Assembly: GCA_964291285.2 (NCBI GenBank)
Contig: OZ219785.1
Location: 1,120,001-1,184,000 of the forward strand
Length of the DNA: 64,000 nucleotides
Reading direction: 5' to 3'
DNA from: Alphaproteobacteria bacterium
GTDB lineage: Bacteria; Pseudomonadota; Alphaproteobacteria; Bin95
Positions 10,240 through 20,136 of the stretch are shown piece by piece. The notes beneath the pieces are model-generated. The model had not been told where the DNA came from, searched no databases, and was given only the letters and a program-made list of their open reading frames with translations. How positions within the stretch are numbered: position 1 is the stretch's first letter; the number at the start of each line of letters is the position of its first letter. The translations under genes and the position numbers were made by a program.

Positions 10240-11244
10240 CTAACCGCTGCTGCGCTCGCGCATCCTCTGCCTTGCTTCACTTAGAAGCGCACCGGCGCCC
10301 CAGCCTGCCGGGCCGCACCGCTCCAGCGCTTCCAGGATCCCGATCAGGTTGTCGTCGCGGACCCGCTCCAGCTCCCGGGTGGATCGCCCTGCGGCCTGGC
10401 GGTCGGACTGTTCGGCGATGGTGTCGACCAGGGCGTCGTCGAGCTCGGGAACGTCGGTCAGCTTCGTCCAGGGCCAGGCGAGGCACGGCCCGAACTGCTC
10501 CATGAAGTGCCGCATGCCGGCCTCGCCGCCGGCCAGCCGGTAGGTCTGGAAGATGCCCATCTGCGCCCAGCGCAGGCCGAAGGAATAGCGCATGGCGTCG
10601 TCGATTTCCCCGACCGTCGCAACCCCGTCATGCACCAGCCACAGCGCCTCGCGCCAAAGCGCTTCCTGCAACCGGTCGGCAATGAAGGCGTCGATTTCCT
10701 TTCGGACCGCCAGCGGCTTCATGCCGAGCGACCCGTAGAACCTGCCGGCGCGTTCGACCGCCTCCGGCGCGGTGTCCCGCCCGGCCACGACCTCGACCAG
10801 CGGCAGCAGGTAGACGGGATTGAACGGATGGCCGACCAGCAGTCGCTCTGGATGCTTCAGGCCGGTCTGCAGGTCGCTGGGCAGGAGCCCCGAGGTGGAC
10901 GACGCGATGACGGTGTCGCCGTTGGCCGTGGAGTCGATCTCCTGGAGAACGCTCTGCTTGAGGTCTAGCCGCTCGGGCACGCTTTCCTGAATGAAGCCGG
11001 CGCCGTCGACGGCCTCGGCGAGCGACCCCGCGATGCCGAGCGCGCCGGCGGCCGGGCGCGCATTGCCGAACAGGCGGTTGAAGGCGCGCTCGGCATTGAC
11101 CATCGCAGCCTGCACTACGGAACCGGCATCCGGGTCCGGATCGTAGAGCGACACGTCAATGCCGTTCAGCACGAAGCGGGCCGACCAGCCGCTGCCGATG
11201 ACGCCGCCGCCGACGCAGGCTACGCGCTCGATGCCGCCGGTCAC
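10240..11244 (-). CDS. lcdH: L-carnitine dehydrogenase (3-hydroxyacyl-CoA dehydrogenase family)
   Basis: GGGVIGSGW, SSTSGL, GHPFNPVYLLPLVE, FIADRLQEALWRE, QFGPCLAWPWTKL; adjacent to a cleavage-enzyme gene. Confidence 0.85.
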   Translation of the reverse strand: MTGGIERVACVGGGVIGSGWSARFVLNGIDVSLYDPDPDAGSVVQAAMVNAERAFNRLFGNARPAAGALGIAGSLAEAVDGAGFIQESVPERLDLKQSVLQEIDSTANGDTVIASSTSGLLPSDLQTGLKHPERLLVGHPFNPVYLLPLVEVVAGRDTAPEAVERAGRFYGSLGMKPLAVRKEIDAFIADRLQEALWREALWLVHDGVATVGEIDDAMRYSFGLRWAQMGIFQTYRLAGGEAGMRHFMEQFGPCLAWPWTKLTDVPELDDALVDTIAEQSDRQAAGRSTRELERVRDDNLIGILEALERCGPAGWGAGALLSEARQRMRERSSG

Positions 11245-11273
11245 GGCGCCCTCACGTCCGCGCCGCGTCGCCC

Positions 11274-12176
11274 TCAGCGCCTCCTTAACGCCAGCTTGTC
11301 GCGCACCGCTTCCGGCCCGAGCACCCGCACGCCCATGTTCTCCACGACGGCGACCGCCCGGCGGACCAGGTCTGCATTGGTCGCAAGCACGCCCCGGTCG
11401 AGCCAAATATTGTCTTCCAGCCCGACCCGGACATTGCCGCCGGCCAGCACGGCGAGCGCAGCGTAGGGAAGCTGGTTGCGGCCGAGCGAGAAGGCCGAGA
11501 AGGTCCAGCCGGCCGGCAGGTTGTTCACGAGCGACATCAGCGTGCCGATATCGTCCGGCGCGCCCCACGGCACGCCCATGCAGAACTGCACCATCACCGG
11601 CTCGTCGATCAGGCCCTGGTCGGCCAGCCGCTTGGCGAAGACGAGATGGCCTGTGTCGAAGACCTCGATTTCGGGCCTGACGCCGAGCGCCTGGACGCGT
11701 CCGGCCATGTCCGCCAGCATGGCCGGCGTGTTGGTCATGATGTAATCGCCCTCGCCGAAATTCATCGTGCCGCAGTCGAGGGTGCAGATTTCCGGCAGGA
11801 GTTCCGCGACATGGACGAGCCGTTCCCCGGCGCCCGCCATGTCGGTTCCGGCCTGCGAGGGCGGCAGCGGCCGGTCCGTGGGTCCGAGCGTGAGGTCGCC
11901 GCCCATGCCAGCGGTCAGGTTCAGCACGACATCGACGTCCGACGCCCGCACCCGTTCCACGACCTCGCGATAGAGCGCCGGGTCGCGCGCCGGTTGGCCG
12001 GTCTCCGGGTCGCGGACATGAACGTGGATGACCGCCGCGCCGGCACGGGCCGCCTCGATGCCGGCCTCGGCGATCTCCGCCGGCGTCACCGGCACCCTGT
12101 CGGAGCGGCCGGTCGTGTCGCCGGCCCCGGTCAGCGCACAGGTGATGAAGGCTTCGCGGCTGGGATTGAGCGCCAT
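11274..12176 (-). CDS. Beta-keto acid cleavage enzyme (3-keto-5-aminohexanoate cleavage family; probably acts on 3-dehydrocarnitine)
   Basis: FITCALTG, HVHVRDP, LDCGTMNF, NVRVGLEDN; next to carnitine dehydrogenase. Confidence 0.88.
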   Translation of the reverse strand: MALNPSREAFITCALTGAGDTTGRSDRVPVTPAEIAEAGIEAARAGAAVIHVHVRDPETGQPARDPALYREVVERVRASDVDVVLNLTAGMGGDLTLGPTDRPLPPSQAGTDMAGAGERLVHVAELLPEICTLDCGTMNFGEGDYIMTNTPAMLADMAGRVQALGVRPEIEVFDTGHLVFAKRLADQGLIDEPVMVQFCMGVPWGAPDDIGTLMSLVNNLPAGWTFSAFSLGRNQLPYAALAVLAGGNVRVGLEDNIWLDRGVLATNADLVRRAVAVVENMGVRVLGPEAVRDKLALRRR

Positions 12177-12248
12177 GGTCGGATCCTCGCTGTCCGTCTT
12201 GCGTGCATCCCTTCGGGGTTGCAGCGCTGCAGGAAGTCCGTAACCGTT

Positions 12249-12383
12249 CTATGAGGCTGTGAAACGCCGGGCTGCGTCATCGAGGCGCACGAATTCCGCA
12301 CCGAGGCCGCGAAGGCCCTGGATCAGCCGTTCAAGGAACAGCATCCGGTGGCCCCGGCCGATGACCAGCGGGTGGAAGGTGTA
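12249..12383 (-). pseudogene. 3' fragment of the split polysaccharide deacetylase gene
   Basis: Reverse strand reads YTFHPLVIGRGHRMLFLERLIQGLRGLGAEFVRLDDAARRFTAS*, the missing C-terminus of the ORF starting at 51822. Confidence 0.95.
12373..12383 (+). repeat. Left 11-bp direct repeat TGGAAGGTGTA (att core or target duplication)
   Basis: Identical to 51131-51141; flanking bases differ on both sides. Confidence 0.95.
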
Positions 12384-12766
12384 AATCTCGAACGTGATTT
12401 ATCGAGTTAGGGCACTATCTGACAGAGGGTCGCATTCCTCCCATGAAGGGGTCCTGAATACAGGATATTTTCGGGCATGACAAGAGGCAATGGCAGGAAA
12501 TCGGGATTGACCTACAGGGAGGTCGTGAAGGCGATAGTGGCACTGGGGGAAGCAGAATGGGGACAATGCGTTGTGCTCAGGGGGGCATGGAGGATAGCTC
12601 CATGCATGAGTGCCCTCCTGATGTAAAGACAGTCAGGATCATGGCGGTGATGCACCGAATCACCTTGTGAGAGGACAAATACCATAATTGATACAGGAGA
12701 AACACAAGCGTGTTGGCCGATGGAAATCGGAATGGTGGCGGCTGCGGCGGTTCCAGAGGCGTCGTC

Positions 12767-13150
12767 ATGAGCCGGCCGCCGGGGGGCCGCCGCACCCGGC
12801 ATGCGGTGATGGCGACGGCGAACGAGTGGGCGCGCATCAGGGAGCTTGCCGACGAGGCGGGCATGGAAATATCGCGCTACATCGTTCACCGGGCCATCAT
12901 GGCGGAGGCGGTGCCGGCCGTCGTCATGCGGCGCGCGGTGCGCGAACTGCTGGTGCTGGTGAAGGTAGAGCAGGAGCGCATGGAGGACCTCGACCTGGGG
13001 GACCGCTGGGCCGCTCTCGGCGATGCCGTCGATGCCTGGCTCTCGCGGGAGGGCGACCTGGACCGTCTGACCGACCCGGGCGCGGTAGCGCGCTGGCAGG
13101 CGGTTTCGGCCAGTGCTGATCCGGAAGGCGGCCCCGCGCCGCAGCCCTGA
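12767..13150 (+). CDS. Putative ribbon-helix-helix (MobC-like) DNA-binding protein
   Basis: AVMATANEWARIRELADEAGMEISRYIVHRA fits the RHH/MobC pattern; GAGG upstream. Confidence 0.5.
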   Translation: MSRPPGGRRTRHAVMATANEWARIRELADEAGMEISRYIVHRAIMAEAVPAVVMRRAVRELLVLVKVEQERMEDLDLGDRWAALGDAVDAWLSREGDLDRLTDPGAVARWQAVSASADPEGGPAPQP

Positions 13151-13178
13151 GGCGGTCATGGCAAGGCTGGTTTGCCGT

Positions 13179-14010
13179 ACAGGTGGCATATCCGCCCGCT
13201 GATCGACACGCGCCTGATGTGGCGGGTCGAGAAGAAGGAGCCGGGCCATGACCCGGCCCGGCCGATCACGCGACCGCTGTTCCCCGGGCGCGCCGACGTC
13301 ATCGTTCATGACGAACGCGGCCGGGTGTCCTGCGTGTGCCCGCAGACCGGCGAGGTCCGCGCCATGGCCTTCCAGGGGTTCGAGGCCGGGCGCGGCGTCT
13401 GCGGCACGCTCAAATACCGCTGCCCCGCAGCCGCCTTCGGCTTCGAGTGCAAGGGACGCCGGGCCTGCCATCGGGCGGGTGGGGTGAAGTCCGGCGAATA
13501 CGGCCGCATCCTGCGCGTCGATCCCGACAGCCATGACCGGCGCCTCTTCACGCCCACGCCCTGGGGCAGCCCGTCATGGCGGCGCGGATACAACCGGCGC
13601 ACGGCCATGGAGCGGATCAACGCCCGCCTCGACCGCAGCTTCAACTTCGAGACCCATTACATCCGCGGACGCGCGAAGATTGAAGACCCGCATCGGGCTG
13701 GCCCTGGCGGTCATGATGGCCATGGCGCTTGCACAGGCCCGCGCCGGACGCGTCGCACGCATGCGCTCCCTGGTCGGCCCGGCGCCATACCTCGATACCG
13801 GCTGACCCCTCAGCCGACTGCCGACAACGCTGACCCAACCCGCCGGACCCCGGCATACGGACAAACGCGACCGAAGGCCGGCGATGCTGCCGGGCTGGGC
13901 CGCTCAAGTTCGAAAAGCAACCGCGGCGACCGCCTCGAACGCCGGAACAAACAACATCACCACCCGGACCCAACGTCCCATCCGACCGGAAAAACACCAC
14001 AGCGCAAATT
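13179..14010 (+). pseudogene. DDE transposase remnant (5'-truncated, frameshifted) with its 3' non-coding end
   Basis: Near-identical inverted copy at about 25124-25954; +1 frameshift near 13680 (GCGAAGATTGAAGACC vs GCCAGGATGAAGACC). Confidence 0.85.
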
Positions 14011-14017
14011 TTCTATG

Positions 14018-14046
14018 TTGACTTCGCCGCCCCCCCCCCGTATTTA
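14018..14046 (+). promoter_or_regulatory. Putative sigma70 promoter with a C10 tract in the spacer
   Basis: TTGACT-17 bp-TATTTA, about 40 bp upstream of the RTX gene start; homopolymer at 14030-14039. Confidence 0.45.
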
Positions 14047-14085
14047 GGGACGACATTGTTGATCTGACGAGCGGAGGTATCCGGG

Positions 14086-16296
14086 ATGGCGACGAAACCC
14101 ATGGAGTATTTTGTTGACAGCGAGGAGACGCTGGATCTGTCCCGCACTACCGGGGTGAACCACATCTCGCGCGCGGAGGGGCACTACGGCTCGATGCACG
14201 TCCTGGGCGGACAGGGCCACGATGTCTTCCAGGGGAACTGGGGCGACGACTACTTCAAGGATGCCGGCGGCGGCAGCCTCGCGAAAGGCGGCGAGGGGCA
14301 GGACTATCTCGAAGGCGGCTACGGCATGAATGTCCTCCATGGCGGCCGGGGCAGCGACACCCTGGTCGGGAACCAGGAGGACGCGTTCTCCGACCGTCTC
14401 TACGGCGGCGCCGACGGCGACTATCTGATTGCAGGCCGGGTCAAGGACAGCAGCCGGGTGGACGACGGCACCGGCGCGCTCACCGGCACGACGAGGGGCA
14501 GGGGTCCGCAGAGCGACCAGGAGGTCGAAAACCCGCGGGGGAACATCCTCAACGGCGGCACGGGGTTGGACAAATTCATCCTGAACCCCGACAGCTACGT
14601 CTACATTGAGGACTACGAGCGTCCGTGGGGATCGAACAACACCAGGGACTCCATCATTGTGACCGGTCTCGGGGACGGACCGAGGCCCACGATCGTTCAC
14701 CACCCCGATGGCGTCTACGGGAACGCCCACTTCCGGATCATGCTGGGCGACAAGGTGCTCGCCGAGCTCAACTACGGGAAGGCTGTCTCCGGGGAGGGTG
14801 TCGATTTCGCGATCGACTGGATCGGCCAGAGCCTCTCGACGCAGCGCGGGGAGTGGGTCCAGGGTACGCAGGCGGGCGATAACCTTTCGGGCAGCGCCTT
14901 CGAAGACAAGATCTATGGCCATGGCGGCAATGACCGGCTCGACGGCGGCGCGGGCGGTGATGAAATTCATGGCGGCCACGGCAACGACATCCTTCGCGGC
15001 GGGGACGGTTACGACACGATGCTTGGTGGTCAGGGCAATGACACGCTTTACGGCGGTGCGGACAGCGACGCGATTGTTGGCGGTGGCGGCAACGACCTGC
15101 TCTACGGCGGCGCCGGCGAGGATGAGCTAATCGGCGGCTACGGCCACGACCGGCTTGACGGCGGTGCGGGCCAGGACAAGCTCTTTGGCGACAGTGGCCG
15201 GGACATCTTCGTCATCAGCACGACCGACGAGGCTCCCGACATCATCGCGGACTTCAATGTGGCTGAGGACTATGTCCGGCTGCCGTTCGGTCTCGCATGG
15301 GACGATGTGCGGTTCGAGGCGGGCACCCTCGACGCCCCGCGGTGGGGCATCGAAGGCGAGAAGGTGCATTTCCTCGTCACCGGTACAGGGGAGGCGAAGA
15401 AACAGCTTGCCGCGTTCCAGGGTCTCGACGCGAAAGACCTGTCGAAGGTCGAGTTCATCTGGGACTTCGATCCGACCGAGGAGCAGCCGGATCCGGATGC
15501 CGGGAAGACGCTCAAGGGCACGAACAGGAAGGACCTGCTCGTCGGCGGGAACAACGACGACACCATTGACGGCAAGGGCGCGGCGGACGTGCTCTACGGG
15601 CGCGGCGGTGACGACAGGCTCTTCGGCGGCAATGGCAAGGACACGCTGTATGGCGGCAGCGGCGACGACCTCCTGTTCGGGGATGACAACAACGACATCC
15701 TCCACGGCGGCGCCGGCGAAGACACGCTGAACGGCGGGAAGAGCGCCGACCGTCTGTATGGCGAAGACGGCGATGACACGCTCAATGGCGGCAATGGCGA
15801 CGACATGCTGTATGGCGGCGCCGGCAGCGACAAGCTGGACGGCGGGGACGGCAATGACCGGCTGGAAGGCGGCGAGGGGGATCTCGATGTGCTGGCCGGC
15901 GGCGCGGGCGAAGACCGGCTGTTCGGCGACGGTGGCAACGACCGTCTGGAGGGCGGCGAGGGCTCTGACCGTTTGCGTGGCGGCGAGGGCGCCGACGAGT
16001 TCCTCTTCCGCGCGGGCGACGGCGTCGATGTCATCACCGACTTCTCGGTCGAGGATAATGACACGATCATCTTCCTGGCGCAGACCGAGGCGCAGGCGAT
16101 AGCCGGAAACGGTGAGAAGTTCCTGGATGCTTCCGGCCTGAAGATCGTCGACGACTACGAGGCGGGCGGCGTCAGGATCACGTCGAACAAGCTCGACAAC
16201 GAGATCATCCTCAAGGGCGTGACGTTCGAGCAGCTGTCGATCGACAGCTTCAGCTTCGTGACGATGGATGAGTACACGGATCTCGTGAACGGCTGA
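14086..16296 (+). CDS. RTX-type calcium-binding secreted protein
   Basis: Many GGxGxDxLx nonapeptides in several blocks, very acidic, no signal peptide; GGAGG RBS. Confidence 0.92.
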   Translation: MATKPMEYFVDSEETLDLSRTTGVNHISRAEGHYGSMHVLGGQGHDVFQGNWGDDYFKDAGGGSLAKGGEGQDYLEGGYGMNVLHGGRGSDTLVGNQEDAFSDRLYGGADGDYLIAGRVKDSSRVDDGTGALTGTTRGRGPQSDQEVENPRGNILNGGTGLDKFILNPDSYVYIEDYERPWGSNNTRDSIIVTGLGDGPRPTIVHHPDGVYGNAHFRIMLGDKVLAELNYGKAVSGEGVDFAIDWIGQSLSTQRGEWVQGTQAGDNLSGSAFEDKIYGHGGNDRLDGGAGGDEIHGGHGNDILRGGDGYDTMLGGQGNDTLYGGADSDAIVGGGGNDLLYGGAGEDELIGGYGHDRLDGGAGQDKLFGDSGRDIFVISTTDEAPDIIADFNVAEDYVRLPFGLAWDDVRFEAGTLDAPRWGIEGEKVHFLVTGTGEAKKQLAAFQGLDAKDLSKVEFIWDFDPTEEQPDPDAGKTLKGTNRKDLLVGGNNDDTIDGKGAADVLYGRGGDDRLFGGNGKDTLYGGSGDDLLFGDDNNDILHGGAGEDTLNGGKSADRLYGEDGDDTLNGGNGDDMLYGGAGSDKLDGGDGNDRLEGGEGDLDVLAGGAGEDRLFGDGGNDRLEGGEGSDRLRGGEGADEFLFRAGDGVDVITDFSVEDNDTIIFLAQTEAQAIAGNGEKFLDASGLKIVDDYEAGGVRITSNKLDNEIILKGVTFEQLSIDSFSFVTMDEYTDLVNG

Positions 16297-16317
16297 GCCG
16301 ACCGGCCAGCCGGAAGA

Positions 16318-16350
16318 CTGCGGCCGCTCCTCGGCGAGGGGCGGCCGCAG
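16318..16350 (+). terminator. Strong stem-loop between the RTX gene and the T1SS genes
   Basis: CTGCGGCCGCTCCTC-GGC-GAGGGGCGGCCGCAG; no U-tract, so it may be a stability or pause hairpin. Confidence 0.5.
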
Positions 16351-16557
16351 CCGCGATTACCGCAATCAGGGCAGGGGGCGCCAACCTGTTTGCGGCAGAC
16401 CGTAAGCCCGGTGGACAGGGCTATGCGGGAGCGAACGGTTTCGTGCGGGCCATGTCGCGGGAACCGGTTCCGTTTCATCTGATTGCACGGGGCGCGCCGG
16501 ATGCCGGCGCGGGCGGTGACACGTCGGGCGACGGTGCAGGGGACGACTTTCATTATC

Positions 16558-18348
16558 ATGCATGCCGGACGCCCTGAGCCCTCCTCGCGGTCGGGATTGC
16601 AGCCCCGGGCGGCGCTTTTCCGTTATCGCGGCGCTCTGCTTGTGGTGGTGATGCTGAGCGCGGTGGTGAACCTGCTGATGCTCACCGGTCCGCTTTTCAT
16701 GCTGCAGATCTACGACCGCGTCCTGACCAGCCGGTCGGAGGCGACGCTTGTGATGCTGCTTGCGATCGTGGTGTATCTGTATGGGTTGAAGGGCCTTCTC
16801 GACGGTCTTCGCGGGCGCATTCTGTCGCGGGTCGGGGCGGGGTTTCAGGACGCGCTTGACGAGCGGGTGTTCGATGCCGCCGGGCGGTCGGCGCGCGACC
16901 CGTCCCGGCGCGGCGATTCGGGGCAGGCGCTCCAGCATCTGGAGACGGTGCGCGCGTTTCTGGCGTCTCCGGCGCCCGGGGCGGTCATGGACCTGCCGTG
17001 GACACCGTTCTTTGTAGCGGTCATCTTTATCTTCCACCCGCTTCTGGGCTGGCTTTCGGTTGCGGGCGGTGTGATTCTGGTGGCGCTTGCGCTGGCGAAC
17101 CGTTGGGCGACGCGCAAGCCGCAGGACCAGGCAGCCGCGCTCTCTGCGGAGGCTGCCCGGCGGGCCGAGGATGTCCGGCGCGAGCTGGAGACGGTGACGG
17201 GCCTTGGCATGGCGGGACCGCTTCGGTCGCGCTGGAAGGAGTTGCGCGGGGCGGCGCTGGACCGGTCGATGCGGGCGTCGGACGCGGGCGGCGGGTATAC
17301 GGCGGCGAGCCGGGCGTTCCGTCTTCTGCTGCAGTCGGGGATGCTGGGTCTCGGCGCCTGGCTGGTTCTGGGGGGCGAGTTGACGGCGGGGGCGATGATT
17401 GCGGCGTCGATTTTGCTGGGCCGGGCGTTGCAGCCTCTGGAGCAGACGATCGCGCAGTCGGCGCTGATCCAGCGGGCGCGGGCTGGCTGGCTGTCGGTGT
17501 CGCGGCTTCTGGCGGAGGTTCCGCCGGAGGTTTCGCCGATGGCGCTGCCGCGTCCTGCGGCGCGTCTTCTGGTGCGCGACCTGACGGTGCTGTCCCCGGC
17601 GCGCCGGGATGTTCTGCTGCGGGGCGTGGCCTTCGACGTCATGCCGGGCGAGGCGGTGGCGGTTGTGGGTCCGAGCGGTGCGGGCAAGTCGACGCTTGCG
17701 AAGGCGGTTGCCGGTCTGTGGCCGCCGGCGCAGGGCGAGGTCCGGCTTGGCGGGGCGAAACTGTCGGCCTGGGGAGAGGCGCTGTGGCGGGAGCATCTGG
17801 GCTACCTGCCTCAGGATGTGGTCCTGTTTGCGGGCAGCGTGGCGGAGAACATATCGCGTTTCGCCCCCGGTGGGGGCGAGGAGGCGGTGGTGCGGGCGGC
17901 GAAGGCGGCCGGGGCGCATGAGATGATCCTGTCGCTGCCCGACGCATACGACACGATGCTCACGGGCGGCGGCGGCGGTGTGTCGGGCGGGCAGCGCCAG
18001 CGCATCGGGCTTGCGCGGGCGCTTTACGGCGATCCTGTGCTTCTGGTGCTGGACGAGCCGGACGCGGGCCTGGACGACGCCGGCACGCAGGCGCTGAACC
18101 ATGCGATTGCCGGGGCGAAGGCGTCGGGGTGTGCGGTCGTAGTGGTGGCGCACCGCCGCGCGATGCTTGCCGAGTGCGCCCGGATCGCGGTGCTGGAGGA
18201 CGGGCGGCTGCAGATGTTCGGTCCGGTCGCGGCGGTTATGGCGCGCCTTTCGGGGCCGCAGCCGCGGTTGGCCGTGGAGCGGGGGGAGGGGCCGCCGCGG
18301 GCGATCGAGGACGGCGGCAACCGGGAAGAGGCGGCGGGCGGTGACTGA
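16558..18348 (+). CDS. Type I secretion ABC permease/ATPase (PrtD/AprD-like)
   Basis: LFMLQIYDRVLTSRS, GPSGAGKST Walker A, SGGQRQRIGLARA, LVLDEP; start uncertain. Confidence 0.93.
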   Translation: MHAGRPEPSSRSGLQPRAALFRYRGALLVVVMLSAVVNLLMLTGPLFMLQIYDRVLTSRSEATLVMLLAIVVYLYGLKGLLDGLRGRILSRVGAGFQDALDERVFDAAGRSARDPSRRGDSGQALQHLETVRAFLASPAPGAVMDLPWTPFFVAVIFIFHPLLGWLSVAGGVILVALALANRWATRKPQDQAAALSAEAARRAEDVRRELETVTGLGMAGPLRSRWKELRGAALDRSMRASDAGGGYTAASRAFRLLLQSGMLGLGAWLVLGGELTAGAMIAASILLGRALQPLEQTIAQSALIQRARAGWLSVSRLLAEVPPEVSPMALPRPAARLLVRDLTVLSPARRDVLLRGVAFDVMPGEAVAVVGPSGAGKSTLAKAVAGLWPPAQGEVRLGGAKLSAWGEALWREHLGYLPQDVVLFAGSVAENISRFAPGGGEEAVVRAAKAAGAHEMILSLPDAYDTMLTGGGGGVSGGQRQRIGLARALYGDPVLLVLDEPDAGLDDAGTQALNHAIAGAKASGCAVVVVAHRRAMLAECARIAVLEDGRLQMFGPVAAVMARLSGPQPRLAVERGEGPPRAIEDGGNREEAAGGD

Positions 18349-19642
18349 GGCGGGGCGCCGGGCCTGGCCGGTGGGCGGTCCGGTTCGGTTTGGGCTGGTA
18401 ATGCTTGGCGCGGGGTTTGCGGGCGCGCTGGCGTGGGCCTCGGTGGCGGAGATTCACGGTGCGGTGATCGCGTCGGGCAGCATGGAGCTGGAATCGCGGC
18501 GCCAGGCGATCCAGCATCCGGACGGAGGGGTTGTGGCGGCGTTGCCGGTGCGCGACGGGTCGCGTGTCGAGGCGGGGGCGGCGATCCTGGAGCTCGACGC
18601 CACCGGGCTTGCGGCGGAGCGGGCGATTCTGGTGCGTCAGTTGCAGGAGGCGCGGGCGCGCATCGACCGTCTTGCCTCGGAGGCCCGGTCCGGTGACGGG
18701 GTCTCGTTCCGGGACGCGGCGGCGGCCGAAGGGAACCCGGTGCTGGCGGCTCTGCTGGCCGGCGAGCGGCGGCTGTTCGAGAACGGGCGCGAGTCGCTGA
18801 TGCAGACGGTTGCGCAGATCGGCGAGCGCAAGGCGCAGACCGCGGCCTTCATCGAAGCGCTGCGGCTGCAGACGGAGGCCGTGCGGGACCAGCTGGCCCT
18901 GGTCAGGGCGGAGGTCCGCGACAAGCAGGGGCTGCTCGAGAAGGACCTGGTTCGCAAGCCGGAAGTATCGCGGCTGCTCCGGGAGGAGGCGCGTCTAAGG
19001 GGCGTGCTCGGCGAACTGGAGGCGGAGACCGCGCGGGGCCGGAGCGCGCTGGCCTCCTACGAGATCGAGCGGCTGCGCTTGCTGGCGGAGCGCCGCGAGC
19101 AGGCACAGGGCGAGATGCGCACGCTGCAGCCGCGCGAGGCCGAACTCGCCGAGCGCCTCCGGGTGGTGGAGACCCGCCTGTCGCGGCTCGTGCTGCGGGC
19201 GCCGATGGCGGGCGTGGTGCACGGGCTTCGGGTGTTCACCGTGGGCGGGGTGATCCCGGCGGGGACGGAAGTGGCGGCAATCGTGCCGGAAGGGGTGCCG
19301 CTGGCGCCCAGGGTCCGGGTCGAGGCGGCCCGGATCGACGAGGTCCGGGCCGGGCAGGAGGTGACGGTGGTCTTCCCCGCCTTCAATCTCCGCAGCGCGC
19401 CGGAGTTCACCGGGCGGGTGCGCACGGTGTCGGCCGACGCGCTGGTCGACGAGGCCAGCGGCGCCCGCTACTACACTGCGGAGATCGTGTTGGACGAGGA
19501 CTCCGAAGCCGCGGCCCGGGCGCGCGGCATCGTGCCCGGCATGCCGGTCGAGGCCTTCATCCGGACCCGCGCCCGCACGCCCCTCGCCTTCCTGCTCGAC
19601 CCCTTCATCGACTATGTCCGGCACGCCTTCCGCGAGGAGTGA
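18341..19642 (+). CDS. HlyD family type I secretion membrane-fusion protein (PrtE-like)
   Basis: N-terminal TM segment, IQHPDGGVV..L.VRDG, long coiled coil, LRAP..GVV, PGMPVEAFI; GTG overlaps the ABC stop. Confidence 0.93.
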   Translation: MTEAGRRAWPVGGPVRFGLVMLGAGFAGALAWASVAEIHGAVIASGSMELESRRQAIQHPDGGVVAALPVRDGSRVEAGAAILELDATGLAAERAILVRQLQEARARIDRLASEARSGDGVSFRDAAAAEGNPVLAALLAGERRLFENGRESLMQTVAQIGERKAQTAAFIEALRLQTEAVRDQLALVRAEVRDKQGLLEKDLVRKPEVSRLLREEARLRGVLGELEAETARGRSALASYEIERLRLLAERREQAQGEMRTLQPREAELAERLRVVETRLSRLVLRAPMAGVVHGLRVFTVGGVIPAGTEVAAIVPEGVPLAPRVRVEAARIDEVRAGQEVTVVFPAFNLRSAPEFTGRVRTVSADALVDEASGARYYTAEIVLDEDSEAAARARGIVPGMPVEAFIRTRARTPLAFLLDPFIDYVRHAFREE

Positions 19643-20136
19643 AGCGCCCGGGAGAAGGGGGGCAATGCACGCCGGGCCGGGGACGGCGCCGTCAGGCCGC
19701 GCACCGCCTTGCGGGCAGGAGACCGCCGCACGCCGTTCATGACGGCCTGGCCGGCCATGATACGGCGGACACCACCGGGGCCGGCCTCGCGGCGCACCCG
19801 ATACCGGAGCGGGAGGCCCGGAACGCGTGGCTTCGGGCGAATGCGGGAACAGGCCGGCTCTCGAGCATGCAGGATGCGGAACGCTGTTCCGGCAGCTTGC
19901 CGCGATGAAAGTCGCGGCCATGTCCTTCACCCGTTTGATGACGCCCCATGGGGCGGATCTTTGGCCGGTCCGTTGCAGGCAATGGCCCGGCCGGATACTC
20001 ATACTCACATCCTTGTGACCGCCGGAGCATTGCCCCGGCCGCGGTTATGGGAGAGGATTGCTGCACTTAACACCATCGACGCCTCCAAGCGAATATCGAG
20101 ACGGACGGAAAATCACACTTCAATCTTACTGGCGCG

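Noticed and set aside
12249-12450. tRNA or tmRNA as the island attachment site
   Set aside because: No cloverleaf or T-loop motif seen; the junction lies within a protein-coding gene
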